A stretch of DNA of 63,996 nucleotides, filler included, from Perkinsus olseni (Eukaryota), in the NCBI GenBank assembly GCA_013115125.1. It is 3 parts of 3 records of this genome, joined end to end, with 100 filler letters (N's around TTAATTAATTAA, not from the genome) between each part and the next. Parts side by side here need not be neighbours in the genome. Positions count along the whole stretch, not along the records: positions 22,421 to 44,697 come from JABANN010000543.1; 2 more parts are not named here. One strand, written 5' to 3'. The position numbers were made by a program, and so were the translations under genes. The notes beneath the pieces are model-generated. The model was not told the origin of the DNA. It made no database searches and saw only the letters and a program-made list of their open reading frames with translations. Positions 23,558-36,800 of this stretch are shown here, piece by piece. Numbering within the stretch: position 1 is the first letter of the stretch; each line of letters starts with the position of its first letter.

Positions 23558-25297
23558 ATGCGGGCCATTCACCGAATTATAGGCCTCCTCGCCTCAGGAG
23601 CGTCCGCGGCTGCTGCCGATTCTTGCTCGGCTATTTGTTCCTCGATTTCAGGATGCTCCTCATCCTACTGCGCGACGTGGGGCAGTCCGCCCGTCTGTCA
23701 TGGTCTTGTCAAGATGGCTGACGGCTCTATTTGTTCTGCCGGTGCTCCCTCCTGCACCGGTGCCCCTCTTCTGTGTTCAGAGTCTCCAATTCCTTCAACT
23801 ACGACTTCTCACGAGACCTTACCAAGCCCCGTCGCTACTACAACCACAGAAGCCTCCTCACCAACTACTTCCCTTCGTGGTAGCACTAGCACCACCGAGA
23901 GTCGCTTCACGACCAGACCGCCGGTGACAACTCAGTCTCCTGTCAGTGTCGACTGCCCTGCTATTTGTGAATCCTTGATGGGTTGCTCGTCCTCCTACTG
24001 TACTGACTGGACATCTCCTGCTGTCTGCCACGGTCTTGGTACCACCGTAGACGGCTCTCCTTGCGTGCTAGGGGACGCTTCTTGCACGGGAAGACCGGTC
24101 CTCTGCGGCTCCAGCGCTCACAGTACCACCCGGGTGGCAACTACTGGTGAAATCAGTACTGCTACTCGAATGAACCCACCTACAGTACTTCCTACGACCG
24201 CCACTACTCAGCATGAGACTAGCACCAGTCAGGACTCTACCGCGTCGATCGCGTCATCCACCTCCGAAAGCAGTCCACATTCAGGCTGTCCTGCTGTACT
24301 TCCTGAATCTGATGTTTTTTGGTGGATCGAGTGGCCCTCTATGGATCCCTCAGTTGATGCCTGGACTACGTACTACCACCGCATATTCGACCTTCTCACC
24401 ACCAACTGTGCCTACATGCGCGTGACAAAGCTTTTGCTTCGCGTTCTGGATCCCGAGTATCCTTCTGGTTCGGATGCTTCTCACCGAGTGTGGTATCCTA
24501 ATAATGACGTTACTCAGAGCGTCATGTACAAGGAGTTGCTGTCCAAGCTAGATCAGACATCCGTTCGTGAAGTGGAGATGATGCCCTATGTTTTTGACGA
24601 GCCCTCGCGCCAAACTTGGTTGAAGTGGGCTCCCGAGAACGGCGGCCCTATGTCGGGTGCCTATGCTTTTGCCGCTGAGTTCAACAAGCATCTTACTGGC
24701 GTCAAGTTTACTGGCCTCACCACGGACTACGAGGAGCTCAACCAATCCAAAAGTGACTATGCGCTCCTCACTGACCCTGAGGGTGAATCTGCCTTCAAGG
24801 GTGGGCACCTTGAGCTCGACTTCGGTATTGGTCTCGGCTACTACCAATGGTCTAGGTTCCCCCTCTACACCTGGACGCAGCATTTCTACATGGAGGTCTA
24901 CGACATCGTCACGCCCTTCGGAGGAGTGGATAGTTCCGATCAATCCCGTTTCTTGCTCTACAAGGATGATCCTGAAGCTATGGTCAACTACATCGTGAAT
25001 GAAGTGTTGGATTCTAATACCAAAGCTGCTTATTCACAATACAGTGATGGAGCCCATCTGATGTGGTCTATACAGTCAATGGGTCTTCCTTGCCAATACC
25101 CGTTGAATGACGGTAATTGCGGAGCTAACCACGAGTTTGGTGAATGGTCGTCTCAAGCTTTCAATCAGTTTCTCCAACTCATCTTGCCTGCTCTGGGCAC
25201 GGGACAACAGCAAGGTGTCTACCAGATAGACTACCTTCCCTATCAAATGATGCCTGCGAACATGCGCCACTGTCTTAGTTTCGGCTGTGATCAGTAA
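23558..25297 (+). CDS. Secreted modular protein: two Cys-rich repeats, Ser/Thr linkers, C-terminal globular domain (possibly glycoside hydrolase-like)
   Basis: 579-aa intronless ORF with a leader, two CxxIC..GCSSSYC..W.SP.VCHGL...DGS.C repeats, T/S-rich spacers and an aromatic-rich domain containing FTGLTTDYEE. Confidence 0.8.
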   Translation: MRAIHRIIGLLASGASAAAADSCSAICSSISGCSSSYCATWGSPPVCHGLVKMADGSICSAGAPSCTGAPLLCSESPIPSTTTSHETLPSPVATTTTEASSPTTSLRGSTSTTESRFTTRPPVTTQSPVSVDCPAICESLMGCSSSYCTDWTSPAVCHGLGTTVDGSPCVLGDASCTGRPVLCGSSAHSTTRVATTGEISTATRMNPPTVLPTTATTQHETSTSQDSTASIASSTSESSPHSGCPAVLPESDVFWWIEWPSMDPSVDAWTTYYHRIFDLLTTNCAYMRVTKLLLRVLDPEYPSGSDASHRVWYPNNDVTQSVMYKELLSKLDQTSVREVEMMPYVFDEPSRQTWLKWAPENGGPMSGAYAFAAEFNKHLTGVKFTGLTTDYEELNQSKSDYALLTDPEGESAFKGGHLELDFGIGLGYYQWSRFPLYTWTQHFYMEVYDIVTPFGGVDSSDQSRFLLYKDDPEAMVNYIVNEVLDSNTKAAYSQYSDGAHLMWSIQSMGLPCQYPLNDGNCGANHEFGEWSSQAFNQFLQLILPALGTGQQQGVYQIDYLPYQMMPANMRHCLSFGCDQ

Positions 25298-26138
25298 CGC
25301 TGACTGTTTCTACTCCGTCTCGTTCTCCAGTGTCTTCGTTAAGTAGGAACAATCTTGTGCCTGTCCGCCGTTATTTACGCGCAGGTTCACTGCGGTTCGA
25401 CCAGAGGTATTTTGACAATTGTCTTCGTCCCTGTGAATCTGCTCGTCTTGGCTGCTATGCCGCCCTATTGCGTGTTCAGCAGCATCATCTATGAATGTGA
25501 ATACTCTTTTCTCTCTACGTCTTATCCTTGTGCTGGTCCCAGTGAGGAGCAGAACTTCTTCTTCCATCGCTACCGAGATTTGCGTCCAGTTACTGGTGAT
25601 GCGAGGGGTAGGTTCCCCGGACAGCCAAACCTGTCCTGAGCTTAGAGGCTACGTCACGACGACGCAAACTAGATGAATCAATCGTCTGACGCATGTACAC
25701 GCACGTTGCGCTCAGGATTGCGGCGCTCGCTTGAGTCTGTCCCGGTCGCCAGGCGAAAACTTTTCGCCGGAAAGTCAGCATCGGCTCGCTAGACCAGCAG
25801 TGATTGGTCAAACAGAGCCGGTTCACACAAAGCCGAGCCATGTTACTTCACCGTAACTGCCACTTGCAGTCTGTCTTGCAGCCTGCAAGACGCGCCATAA
25901 GGGGCGGACTGGAGTGCAAGGGATCCTACTACATCCTTGAGTATGCGTGCGACGTAGCTAAGTTGTGCTTGAGTTGGCGTTCCCCAAGCGAACTCAACTT
26001 TTGCGAACATTAGCGCTTGCTCCGACAGAAATGCTTTCAGAGAATCTTTATTTCATCGACCCACGTGGACGGAGCAATAGGACATCTCTTGCCTCATGTA
26101 CTGGTCTTATTGAAGTTAACTTTCACCACTTGTCGTGA

Positions 26139-26549
26139 ATGTTTCTTCGCTCCGTCGTTCTGACATCGGTACTCGGCATCGCCCTATCCCAATTCTGCCA
26201 GGATATCTGCGACAATCTTCCGGCGTGTGCTGACTCTAGATTCGGCTCCTACTGCAAGGACAACGGTGTGTGCTTCGGGCTGTACCACAAGGACGGGGGA
26301 TACTGCTTCCAGCCAACTGAGCAGGACACCTGTGATGACTCCGTCCTGAAGCCTGTGTCGTGCGCTGGGTCCTGCCAAGCGGCTTGCGACAGCCTGCCGC
26401 AGTGCAAGGGCTCCAAGTGGGGCAGCTACTGTAAGACCTGGCAGCACCCCGCGGTTTGCTTCGGTATTATCACCAAGGCAGATGGGTCTACCTGTTACGC
26501 GCCGACGGACGACGACTGTGTCGGGGAGCCCTACCCCTGTACGGCTTAG
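26139..26549 (+). CDS. Small secreted Cys-rich protein with two tandem repeats
   Basis: Signal MFLRSVVLTSVLGIALS, then two CQ..CD.LP.C..S..GSYCK....VCFG repeats related to those in 23558-25297. Confidence 0.85.
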   Translation: MFLRSVVLTSVLGIALSQFCQDICDNLPACADSRFGSYCKDNGVCFGLYHKDGGYCFQPTEQDTCDDSVLKPVSCAGSCQAACDSLPQCKGSKWGSYCKTWQHPAVCFGIITKADGSTCYAPTDDDCVGEPYPCTA

Positions 26550-27326
26550 GCCTGGGTGAGGCACCCTGTAGGGCATCAACTCTCCCCTATAATTTTATAG
26601 TGACCGCCAACCTCCGCCGTTCTTCTGCTTGTGAGGGGGTCTGAACGCTGTTTCTTTTATACAACTTTTCTGGAAATGCGTGACACTATTGAGGGCCCCT
26701 CAGGGATTCGATTCAGAGGACTGCATCGTCTCTCTGCGAGCACAATAATATTCGGCCGGAGTTGTGCAAAGGAAGTGTGCAGGATGACCGGAGTCACATA
26801 ATACTTTATCCACAACATGTTAACATTATACCTCGTCGGAGTGCCTCGGTGCACGTCAGTCGTCTGCAGCATAGCTGCTGTTAGATGGAGCCGTTGAAGG
26901 CTTAGTTAGCATAAGTGCTTAAGCTACTGAGTATTGCTGCTTTGATGTTTCTTATGCATGATAATGCTGAGGGCTGAGAATGGCATCCTCAGTGTCGTCT
27001 CCGCAGTTGCTCTGCTTTGCCATTGGCTTTGCTGCCTACACAGTTGCGCCCATACTCAAGGCTGTCTTGGTGCCTCCCTTCAAACTTGTGTTAGAGTCAA
27101 CTGAGGCTCATAATATTGTTGTCAAAGTTTTAACGTCTCCGTCGTTGGTAGGCGACCATGTGCCTTAGTAATTGTTTGAAGGTCCAGAGGCTGCTTTTCC
27201 GGGGTAGTGTTGTGAATTGGCGGCTGGCGCTTGTAGCACTGTGCTCGGTGAGAACTAACAATCACATAATGATATGCTTACACGAAACTAGATAGCATCA
27301 GAAACACAGCTAGGCATGTCGCAACG

Positions 27327-28553
27327 TCAGACAGAGGAATTTGTGCCCGTATAAAACCGACCGAGTACTGCCTCGGCTCTGACGCTAAACCTCGTAGCTT
27401 CATCGTTACCCTCTGCACCAGCGTTCAAGAGAGCCTTCACAAAGCCAGGATGGAATATTGGCTGATTGTCGAGGGAACCTGCGCGCAATTGGTGAAGCGA
27501 GACCCCCCATCTATGAGTCGGATACGGGCGCTTAGCGACCAAGCTCACCTATCCTTCTAGCTTCCTTCATCGCCTTCTCTGCTTGATGTACCCAACCTCC
27601 ATCTCCCACAGCAAACTTGATCCAAGCCTGTGCAGCCAGGCATCTTGCCGGCGGCCGCATACCAGCAAGTGAGAGGCCTTTTCGCTCAACTTCTTTAGCA
27701 AGTTCAACATCCCCATTAGTCAGGACACAGGTGATGACATTGACATGAGCTTGCCAGGGCAAAACGATACCCATTGTATCCGTAGCATCAGCCCAAATGA
27801 GCGCCAACTCGTCCGATCGCCCCGATGCACAGAAGGCCTCGATGGCCATCTCATAAGGAATGCTGGTGAGGTCCATAGCCCAGTTAGAGCGAATAGCCTA
27901 GAGCAGAACTGGCTCCTCCGGGACATAGTAGGTGGCATTGGCAAACTCCAACTCACCGCTAAGATCTCTCGCGTTGCATATGCATCGTCTAAGGCATTTA
28001 AGCCGATCATCAAAGCATGAAGCAGTTTGGGGTTCGGAGGATGCCGAAGCCATTTCTGCCTGACTACTCCGATAGATGACGTGTGATGTAGGAAATGCCT
28101 ACCATGCCTTTGTTAGCTCTAGGGCTTGGTCCTTCCGTTTAAGCTTGATAGCACAGGCTAGCAACTTGGTGGTAAGGACGGGGTCTCTCAGGTCCACCCC
28201 GAGGTTATAATAACGATTGAGTGTCACCATACAGGTACCGTACTCGAGGGGGCTGATGATGCAAGGATGGTATCGCTAGGAGCCACACGACACTGTTTCA
28301 GACACTACGTTTCCGCAAGTCTTATGACTTCATACAGTCCATCTATCCCAACTTTCTTGTGATTAAAGTGACCTGCCATTAGCTGTATCAACAATCAGGT
28401 ATTCAATAAAGCGCTCGCTGGCGGTTGCCCCCAGTCATTGGGGGCCCACTGGGCCGAGCGTCCGCATCTGCGACTTTCTATTACCGCTTTTCCCACAGGC
28501 TTGGTCAATCTCGTTGGCCTTGATCTCGCTCTTGAGTAGAGGTCGCTCAACAT
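27327..28553 (-). CDS. Hypothetical protein, probably mitochondrial and helical-repeat (PPR-like)
   Basis: Arg/Ser-rich N-terminus MLSDLYSRARSRPTRLTK. Exons include LMAGHFNHKKVGIDGLYEVIRL and YEMAIEAFCASGRSDELALIW (PPR-like). The splice model is uncertain and may need a GC donor. Confidence 0.5.
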
Positions 28554-28699
28554 TGATACGGTCCGGCGCGAAGGCCAGTCGAGGTCGAATGGTTCTCACT
28601 CGAAACATGGCTGGCAGGAACACCGACCAACCCATCATTCCATGCTAGTCAGCGGCAACATAACAGGAAAAGTTGAGAAACGTTTCGGAAACATGTGCG

Positions 28700-31378
28700 C
28701 TATGTCCGGGGTCGTGGGAGTTTTCTGCCTTTCCCGCCGGACTTGCTCGACTTGAATGATTGGGAGACCGCTTCAGACTCTCCGAAGCTGTCAAAGCCCT
28801 TGAGAATGCGGAGGTCGGGTTCATTAAGCATACCCAACTTCTGGGCCAAATCCTCAGGCACGCCAGGCACTGTACTCATGCCAGTGGACCGGACGACGCC
28901 ACTGGCGATGGCTATTATCTGGAGAGAGGACAAATGAATGGCACACCACCCGTGAAATCAGGAAAGAATATCATCAGTCCCCGCACTGCTACAAAGGTAA
29001 TCTTGATACTATACCTCAGACAGAGACGGAACCCACGAGAGGTCTGCTGCCGAAATGAGACTCCATCGTCGGGCGCCCTGTTGCTACCTGGCTGTTTCGT
29101 AGCTTAGCTCGGCTGGACTTGAGATGGGCCAGGAGGGAGCTGAACATAGTCTCCGCCTGATGAAGCATAGACCCGTTACTAGATGCCCATCCGCCTGACA
29201 CAACGAAGACACTCTTCTGCAGCAGGTGGCTCATCCTCCACCTTACCCGTAAGTGCTGTTGCTGTGAGATCGTTGGTATTGAGGAGCCATTGAGGGTCCT
29301 GCAGGGCTCGAGGGAGGGGCTTGAGCGGGATTGATTGTCGCGTGAGCTCGGACGCGAAGTTGCTCTCTTCTCTAAGGAAGGGCGCTCCGCTAACGACCGA
29401 GATCAGAAGGCACTACTCGGGCAGGAGGAGGACTGCCGTACCCTCCTTCCCTGCTCGAGCTGTACGGCCTACCCGGTGGACGTAGGAGTCCACATGGCTT
29501 GGTGCCATCACCTGAAGACCATAGATGCGACTGGAGGTACGTGAGGGAGCAGGACCTGTATGACAGAGGAGACGTCCGAGTAGTCCATGCCTCTGCTAGA
29601 GACATCACTGGTGAACATGATAGCCGATTCAGATGTCTGGAACTGCGCCGAGGCCAGAGTTCCTGCGACAGCCAGTGACTATGTTGGCCGTACTCTCGAG
29701 GCCGGCGCTACTCACGTTCGTGCTGGTCCCTCTTCTTGTGCATCTCAATAACTGGCATGCGGAATTGACGGTTGAAGAGAGTCGAGAAAAAGGCCGTCAT
29801 CCGAGCGGTAGGGAAGAAGACCATTACTTTATGGTCATAGGGCGACCTCCTGTGAAGGTGCAATCACAGTGTGGCTACTGCTCTCTATGGCAGCTGTGAA
29901 GGACCCGTGCTCAGCACCACCACAAATGCTGGCGGAGTCTCGTCTATAGTGCGCTAACTACAGTGAAGGACGCCACCTACGTTATCTCGTCCTGGAGTAT
30001 GTTATGGAGGGCTGTGACGATCTTGTCAGCTGGGCAGGTTACGTAAAACTGTTTGTCATTCATCGACTCCGGTGTCACCACTCCCATGCTGTCTGGAGTG
30101 GGAGTACTGTACTCCGAATCGCCTTCACACGAGGATGTGTCTCCTATGCAGTCCACGAAAGCGTACCTGCAAAACAACAGGAAGCAGCAGCTTGTCGTCG
30201 GACCAAGCGTCGTGGTGGACCCGAGTAGAACCGAAGGGCGATGGAGGGACAGGAAAACCAGCACGAAGAAGAGGCAGGCAAGTGCGTTGGAGCTACTGCC
30301 ATACAGCAGTCCATAGCTTCAGCGCTGACTATGAGCAGATCCGTGCGCGCCGGTGATATGAAGCGAGCCTGGTCGACTTACCCTCTATGGCACCAGCTCT
30401 GAGCCTTCCCTAGCAGGACTTCCGGCATAGTTGCCGAGCACAGGACAGTCCGACGATTCCGAGGCATTACACCATCCACGATGTCTAGGGTTTCGGCGAA
30501 GCTGAGCTCTAGCAGACGGTCAGCTTCGTCCAGCACCAGCCACTACAGCGGAGACGAGCTTGCCCAACTACACCGACCATCGCACGCCCACCTGGAGCTT
30601 TTCGAATAGGGTGTGGAACATGAAGGTGCCCTCAATGTGGTCACCGATCCTCCCCGGGGTACCAACGATGATCTTTGGACGCCGCTTGCGGAGCATCTGA
30701 CAGCCTTCCTCACGCATCCATCATGACGAAGCTGACTAACCTCAAGATCGTGTCGTCTGGGCACACCACCAACCAGTGCTACTGCCGACAACTCCTTGTC
30801 ATGATGAGCCAACAGCCGGTCTAACTCCGTGCACGTCTGCAGCCCCAACTCGCGTGTAGGGCAGAGCTGATACAGCGAAGGATCATGGCCCAGCGAGGTG
30901 AAGCCTCCCATTCTACTATCAGAGCCAGGACGCCTCCGTGAGCTTTCCAGTTGGGCGTGTTGACTATAGCCTCTACAATCGGTAGGAGGAAGGTGAGCGT
31001 CTTCCCTGTACCGGTCCTACAGACACCACAGTCGACCATAGGGCCGTCACCCCGCCGCTTACCTAGCTTTGATCAGCACGTCGCAATCGTCCGCCATAAG
31101 CTTCGGCAAAGACCGCCTCTGAGTAGCCGTTAGAGTATTCAACTTCATCACCTGCACGGCGCTTTCAGCCTGGGATCGTTCTCGAACTCTACCTCTGCAA
31201 TTCCCCTGGCGGTATTGCTCGTCAAATTAAGATCAGTGAATTTGGTAGGTGCTGATGGCATCACCATCCTCTCCTCTACCGCCGCTGCCTCGGTGTGCAG
31301 CCACCTCATCTCACAGCGGTGAAGTCGTGTGGGAGGCATCCGCACCACGAGACTCGTCCACGCGGGCAGACGGTGCAT
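28700..31378 (-). CDS. DEAD-box RNA helicase, Mss116-like, probably mitochondrial
   Basis: Motifs across exons: KFTDLNL (Q-motif region), TGTGKTLTF, CPTRELG, GTPGR, LVLDEADR, YVHRVGRTARAG and C-terminal AQKLGM. Arg-rich presequence-like start. Confidence 0.85.
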
Positions 31379-31508
31379 CAAAAGCAGCAGCTATCAGACA
31401 GAAAAGGAAGGAATGGTGCTTAGCAGGAGGCAACTCGACTCATCCCCTTCGGTCAGTGCAAAAACATTATTGAGATTCATCGTAGTCAGGGTTGTTGCAA
31501 CGGATTCA

Positions 31509-33438
31509 TCACGACGGCCCTCCTGTGGTGCATGTGAGCTTCGACAAACGTCTGGCCTCGGCCACTGAGTGGGCCATGTTACTGATGTAATTCACCCATC
31601 GTCCCTGAGGCAGGGTAGGGAGTCTACGGTGCTGCTTGAAGCCACCGACGCTACCTGGAGGATATCTTTCACTACTGCCTTCTGCTGGTCTGGCTCGAGC
31701 TCGATGAAGTCCTCGGGGAAGTCAGGATCGCTAACATAGGAAGAGGGTATCTTATACTCAACTTTATGGCCATCAACTTACTCAGGCGTACAGTACTTCC
31801 TCTGCCTCTGTTTATAAGCCAATCTCTCCGCGGCAAGGGCCTTCGACTCCTTCCTGGACAGGTGCTCAACGCTAGGAGAACACGCAGCTGGGTAATGGTT
31901 GACAGCGAACTGAAACAACCCGCGACTCTCCCAGAGGACAAGCAGACGAGCGACTCACCCATTCGAGCTCTGTTATACGCTTGGCAAAGCTGACGGGAAT
32001 CTTGAGCATCGCGGCAACGGCCAACGGGTCACGGCGTTTATCCTCAGGTAAGGGCTCAGGGAAGGCTTTATAGCACAACGCTAGAGTGACGACCTCCCTG
32101 AGGCTCTGCATACCTGTCAGATGGCCTCATAGATACATGCGTGGTACCACTCACCTGGGCTGGGGTCCTCGAAGGTGATTTCATCAACTTCATCAGCAGC
32201 TATAGCTTCTGTTGCTATATGACGATAAAGCACGCCGCCATAACCCTGTTCAAGGCTCATTACCCGAGAGCCCAGAGTTAGTCACTACTTTACCTTCTTT
32301 TGTTGGTTTGGTATTGTCAGGAACTGAGCCACCCGTACACGCCTTTTCCCGTCCTTAACGAGGGAAGGGAAGCCGTAGACAGACGCACAGCTCATCATCT
32401 GCTTCGTTACGCTGTCACGTAAGAGATAGAGAATCCATCTGAGAGATGCATAGATGAAGCAACGAAATGAAGCCGGCCCAGACCTGCCGCCGATGCTGCT
32501 GCCCTTCTGCTGTTCCTCGTCAGTCTCCGTGCACGGCAAATCAATAGTACCGCTGGCGTCGATAAACCAGAGCATGAGCCACTCCACCCGCCGCCAAAAG
32601 TCGTAAAGGCTATCTGGTACCTGAAGACGATACCATGATCGGCATTTTGACGGGGTCTACGGGGTAACCCTGCTTTACAGTAACAAGCTCCAACGATGTT
32701 GGTATGGCTGGGTCGTCTCCTGCTGAACGCAAACCGTCCTTGAGCTTCTTCAACAGGTTATTGTCTTTACCATTCATACCCAATCGGAACGCCTTACAAC
32801 CACCATAGAAAGGCTTCAATGTCTGAAACAGGAGCCTACCCAAAAGTGCCCATGGCGGACTAGAGATTCGTACGAGAGGCGAAAAGCGAGCCGTGTGCAT
32901 GCGTGCAAGAAGAGTATCACAATGCCGCTTGTAGGCCGCCTTCATAAGCTTCTCGTTAGGCATCTGGAAGACAGCCTGTGAGGACTTCTTCACACTGATG
33001 CCTTCCTACCTTGGGATGGTCAAATCTGATACCAACACTCAAGTCGCGAGTGTCAACATCGATACGGATGGTGAAGGGAGTGAGCGCTTTCAGCCACACG
33101 AAGGACTCAGCTTCGTCGAATGATTGATGCGCCTGCAATTCATCTACGCAATGGTATCATGGATAGCAGCAGACCAGTCTACATAAGTCGGAGGGATGCC
33201 CTCCTCTGCACCATCGAAGTGGAAGCGCACCACTTCGACCACTTCTAACTCGCATACCTGCCGAAGGATGGCTCTATCTCCGCGCATCTCTGGCGGCGAG
33301 GGTGGGTGTAATACCACTCACCTCAGTGCTAGACTCAGCTTCCCCCACATCTTTATGCAGGATCTCACTACTAACTCGTCTCTTCTTGTTTGCCGGGCTG
33401 GCACCAGTGACTCTCTGTTTCTTAGTCGGCGCTAGCAT
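31509..33438 (-). CDS. HAT1: Histone acetyltransferase type B catalytic subunit (HAT1-like)
   Basis: LMLWFIDASGTID, RVRVAQFLTIPNQQKK/GYG (acetyl-CoA motif A) and EITFEDPSP..QSLRE; basic NLS-like N-terminus. Confidence 0.8.
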
Positions 33439-33895
33439 AGTGACCTTCAACGACTCAAACTGATGACAACAGCAATATCCCAGCCATCTACGCATCTTCA
33501 TCAGGCGGGAGCCTTCTTGATTGTTCTGGCCAACGTTAGACTACTCTGATGCATGGAGTAAGCGATGGTATAGTAAGCCCATCATAGGCGCAGAAAAAAG
33601 TAATGTTCGCCATAATCCGCGTATCATGATCAGCTAAGGCGGACACCGCGCTGAAGCCACATGGCGTTGAAGGGAATATACGATGAATGCCCTACCGCCC
33701 ACTTCATTGAGGGATCTACAACGCAGCGCCACTAAGAATACATCATCAGAAACAAGATAGCCACCAATGTTGACGGTGGCATCATCTGAAACGATCATCA
33801 TCATGCTTACTATTGAAAGGGAGGCACAGTTGAATGAAGTAGATAATGCACGAGTTGAATTGCAAGGTGACCAAAGTGTTCAGGCAGCAGCGGAA

Positions 33896-36800
33896 TCAAT
33901 CGAAGAAGAAGGCAGACTCTTTAACCCTGTCTAATTGGAGATTGCCCCGCCCAGGCAACTCAGGCAACAGGAAGGAGTTGACGCCGAGCATGATGCTGAG
34001 GTCACGGTAAAGGTTGTCCAGGATCGGCTCACTATGCAGCCTGACGAACATGTCTCGTATCAGCACATTCATCTCATCAACATCACAGGCGTGCGTCCAG
34101 TAACTATCGTGTACGGCAGCGAAGGCAAGACCGTGCTTGGCGCACTCTTCCGCAGTTAGCAGCATATGAGTGCCATCGAGACTATGCACGAAGTTAGGAG
34201 GGAAGCCCATCCGTTGCTTTGTCTTGGACACCGGCATATCATCCGACTCGACATTAACCTGAACAACTTTCTGGAAAGAAGGCGCGCGAAGACGAAATCG
34301 AATCGAATCGAATCTCACTTTGACGTAACGTTGCATGGTACCATTCGTGCCTGTTACAGCAGAGGTCTGCAGAGAGACATCCACGGACGCCTGGGCCCTG
34401 TAGGGCTGTCGACAGGGCATTCCCAACACTGGGGTCGACCAGCACACAGGCAAACCGTGGGCTGTGAGGACTCGCGATGCAACATCAAACCACTTCTTGA
34501 TCTTCATGGCTTGCTCGAAGACCTCGTCGATTGATGTAAGGACTAGCTGACTAAGATACTTTGCCATCTGCATCAGCTCATCAGCGTCGAGGGTATCCCC
34601 TACGAAGTCTTCCAACTGCTTCTTGACCTGGTCTCGGGCACCTACCATCAGTGGTGAGATAGCCCCAACCACAAAGCAGCCTACCCAAGCTGGTGACACC
34701 ATAGCAAATCGTCATAACCGTCTGCTTCACCACTTTTCTCTTGAGGACCCCTAACTCTATCGCCTGCCTCGCCAAGGCATGGCCCTGGTCAGCATGCCGT
34801 TCAACCTTCTCCTTGACGATATTCAACACGATCATGTACACATCTTGAACCTAGCAGGTCATCCGAGGTGTCGCTATACCCGATGCCGTCGTAAAGTCGT
34901 TGCACTTACCTCAGTATTGGGCAGAACATTCACCGCTTTTGCTCCCCATTCGTCCCTCCCGAGGGCGGCATAGTGCTGCAGACCGTTGCAAGAGCCATCC
35001 TGATGTACTGAGATACCCGTCGCGTACTCCTCCGGGCCTTCAGGGTATCTCAAGGCCTCTGCCACCTACCGGGAGGGCAGCACGTGCAACGCGCGATGAC
35101 GGCTCTGGACAAACCTCAAATATGACGGCTAAGGCTTGCCAAGGGTCGTCCGCTGCCAGCCAGAATTCTGCGTTACCCAGCGGGTCCTCTGCTGCAGCCA
35201 AGATACTCTCCGTCTGGGTGTCAGTCCAGTCAACACGATCCTGCCACAACCTGCCGCGTCCCCTCTCCTTCCCTCCTCCAAGCAGCCCACCTGTAGCTTG
35301 AGCTTATCATGGCCGAACAGGTTTGCCAAGTGCAACCGAAGCCACCACCAACCACGCTCGCCGAGACGCTTCTTCTCACTGACACCCAAGTGCTCTCCTC
35401 GCTAGCGTTCACCACTGCTATCTTACTTGAACATGAGCAGTCCACGACAAAGGTCATCCCCTTGGTGTTGAAGGTGCGGTGGCAGGGGATAGCATCGGCC
35501 ACGGAAGTCTAGGTTATGCGGGAAGTACCTTCCGGCGGGTTCGAGGCAGCAAGGTGAGATGCCCCATCCTAGCCCGAAACCTACAGTCCGGTGGAGATGT
35601 TCCGGAATGCCCTAGCGCTCTTCAACTTGAGCAGGAAGGTCGGGCGGACCGACGCCAGCTTCTCGTTCTCCTTGTATGCCTTCATCACAGCCAACTTGGC
35701 TGACTTCATCGCCTTCTCGGTCAGGCCATCGCACTCTCCAGGTAAGCTGGGTATACTTAAATCGATTCTAGGAGGTATATCCCCTATTCTAAGGTCCCTT
35801 CGCCATACCTCCTCCACCACATCCAGTACCTGCATCAGCAACCACACTACCCTCTCCCTCCCCGATGGAAAATTAGGTCTCTGTAGTTATCCGACCGCGC
35901 GAGTGGAATGCGGAGATCAGTGTCTTCTGGTATAACTTCGGTCTGATTCCGTTGAGAAGTCACAGCTTGATACATGTCAAGATGGCTGCATGCTTCTGAC
36001 TGTTGTCGCCCCTCATACAACTTCACAGGCATTACTCTCTCATTGATCTTGAAGGGAGTCGATCCGAGGTAGTCCAAGATACGCTGAACTCTCGTCAAAT
36101 CCACATGCCGGATGTCACGGGAGGTGACTCTACTCCCTGCAAAGGACGAATTCGAAGGAAAGCACCGAAGCATGGCAATTATCCCATACCCGTGAAGCGT
36201 ATGAAAGGAGTCCTGTGCGTAAGGTAACCTCCTTCCCAAAACCCCTGCCAAGGATTGGGCTTGCACACTAATGGCTGGAGCTTCGTCGCCAGTAGATGAG
36301 CCGGGGATCCTTCCCTCTGGTTGGACGACGACATCGTATCATTTCCCTGATGTACAGCAGCAGCAATACTACAGTGACTAGCTCCACTCAATCTATCAAA
36401 CTCGGTAATATCCCCCCCCACCACGCAACCCTCCTAACTTACCGTCCGAAGTAGCGCATCAGCAGCCACCTTCCTGAGGCACAGCTCCCCCTGTACTTTA
36501 CTTTGTCGACGCACTAGACGATGGCGGAAGGCGCGGACGAGGACCTCCAGCCGGACAACAGTCTCCCCTCTACTGGCGTCCATGCTACTACTCACCTTGC
36601 TGTGATCACCTCCGGCATGCTTACTCTTGTAGATGTTGTATCGCTGGTTGGGCTTGGTCGTACCCTCGCCCACCAGATGGCCGAATGCTGACGACGGGTT
36701 CCTCGCGACGTCCACGATCCCAGAAGGCATGACTGGTCCTGCTGTCGGGTTGCTACCGTTGGGGGGTGTGGGGAGGTCCTGAGTGGAGGAACGAAGGTTT

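Noticed and set aside
28435-28638. ORF ending in TGA as possible readthrough or selenocysteine
   Set aside because: Another frame from ATG 28553 splices into the next exon without recoding.
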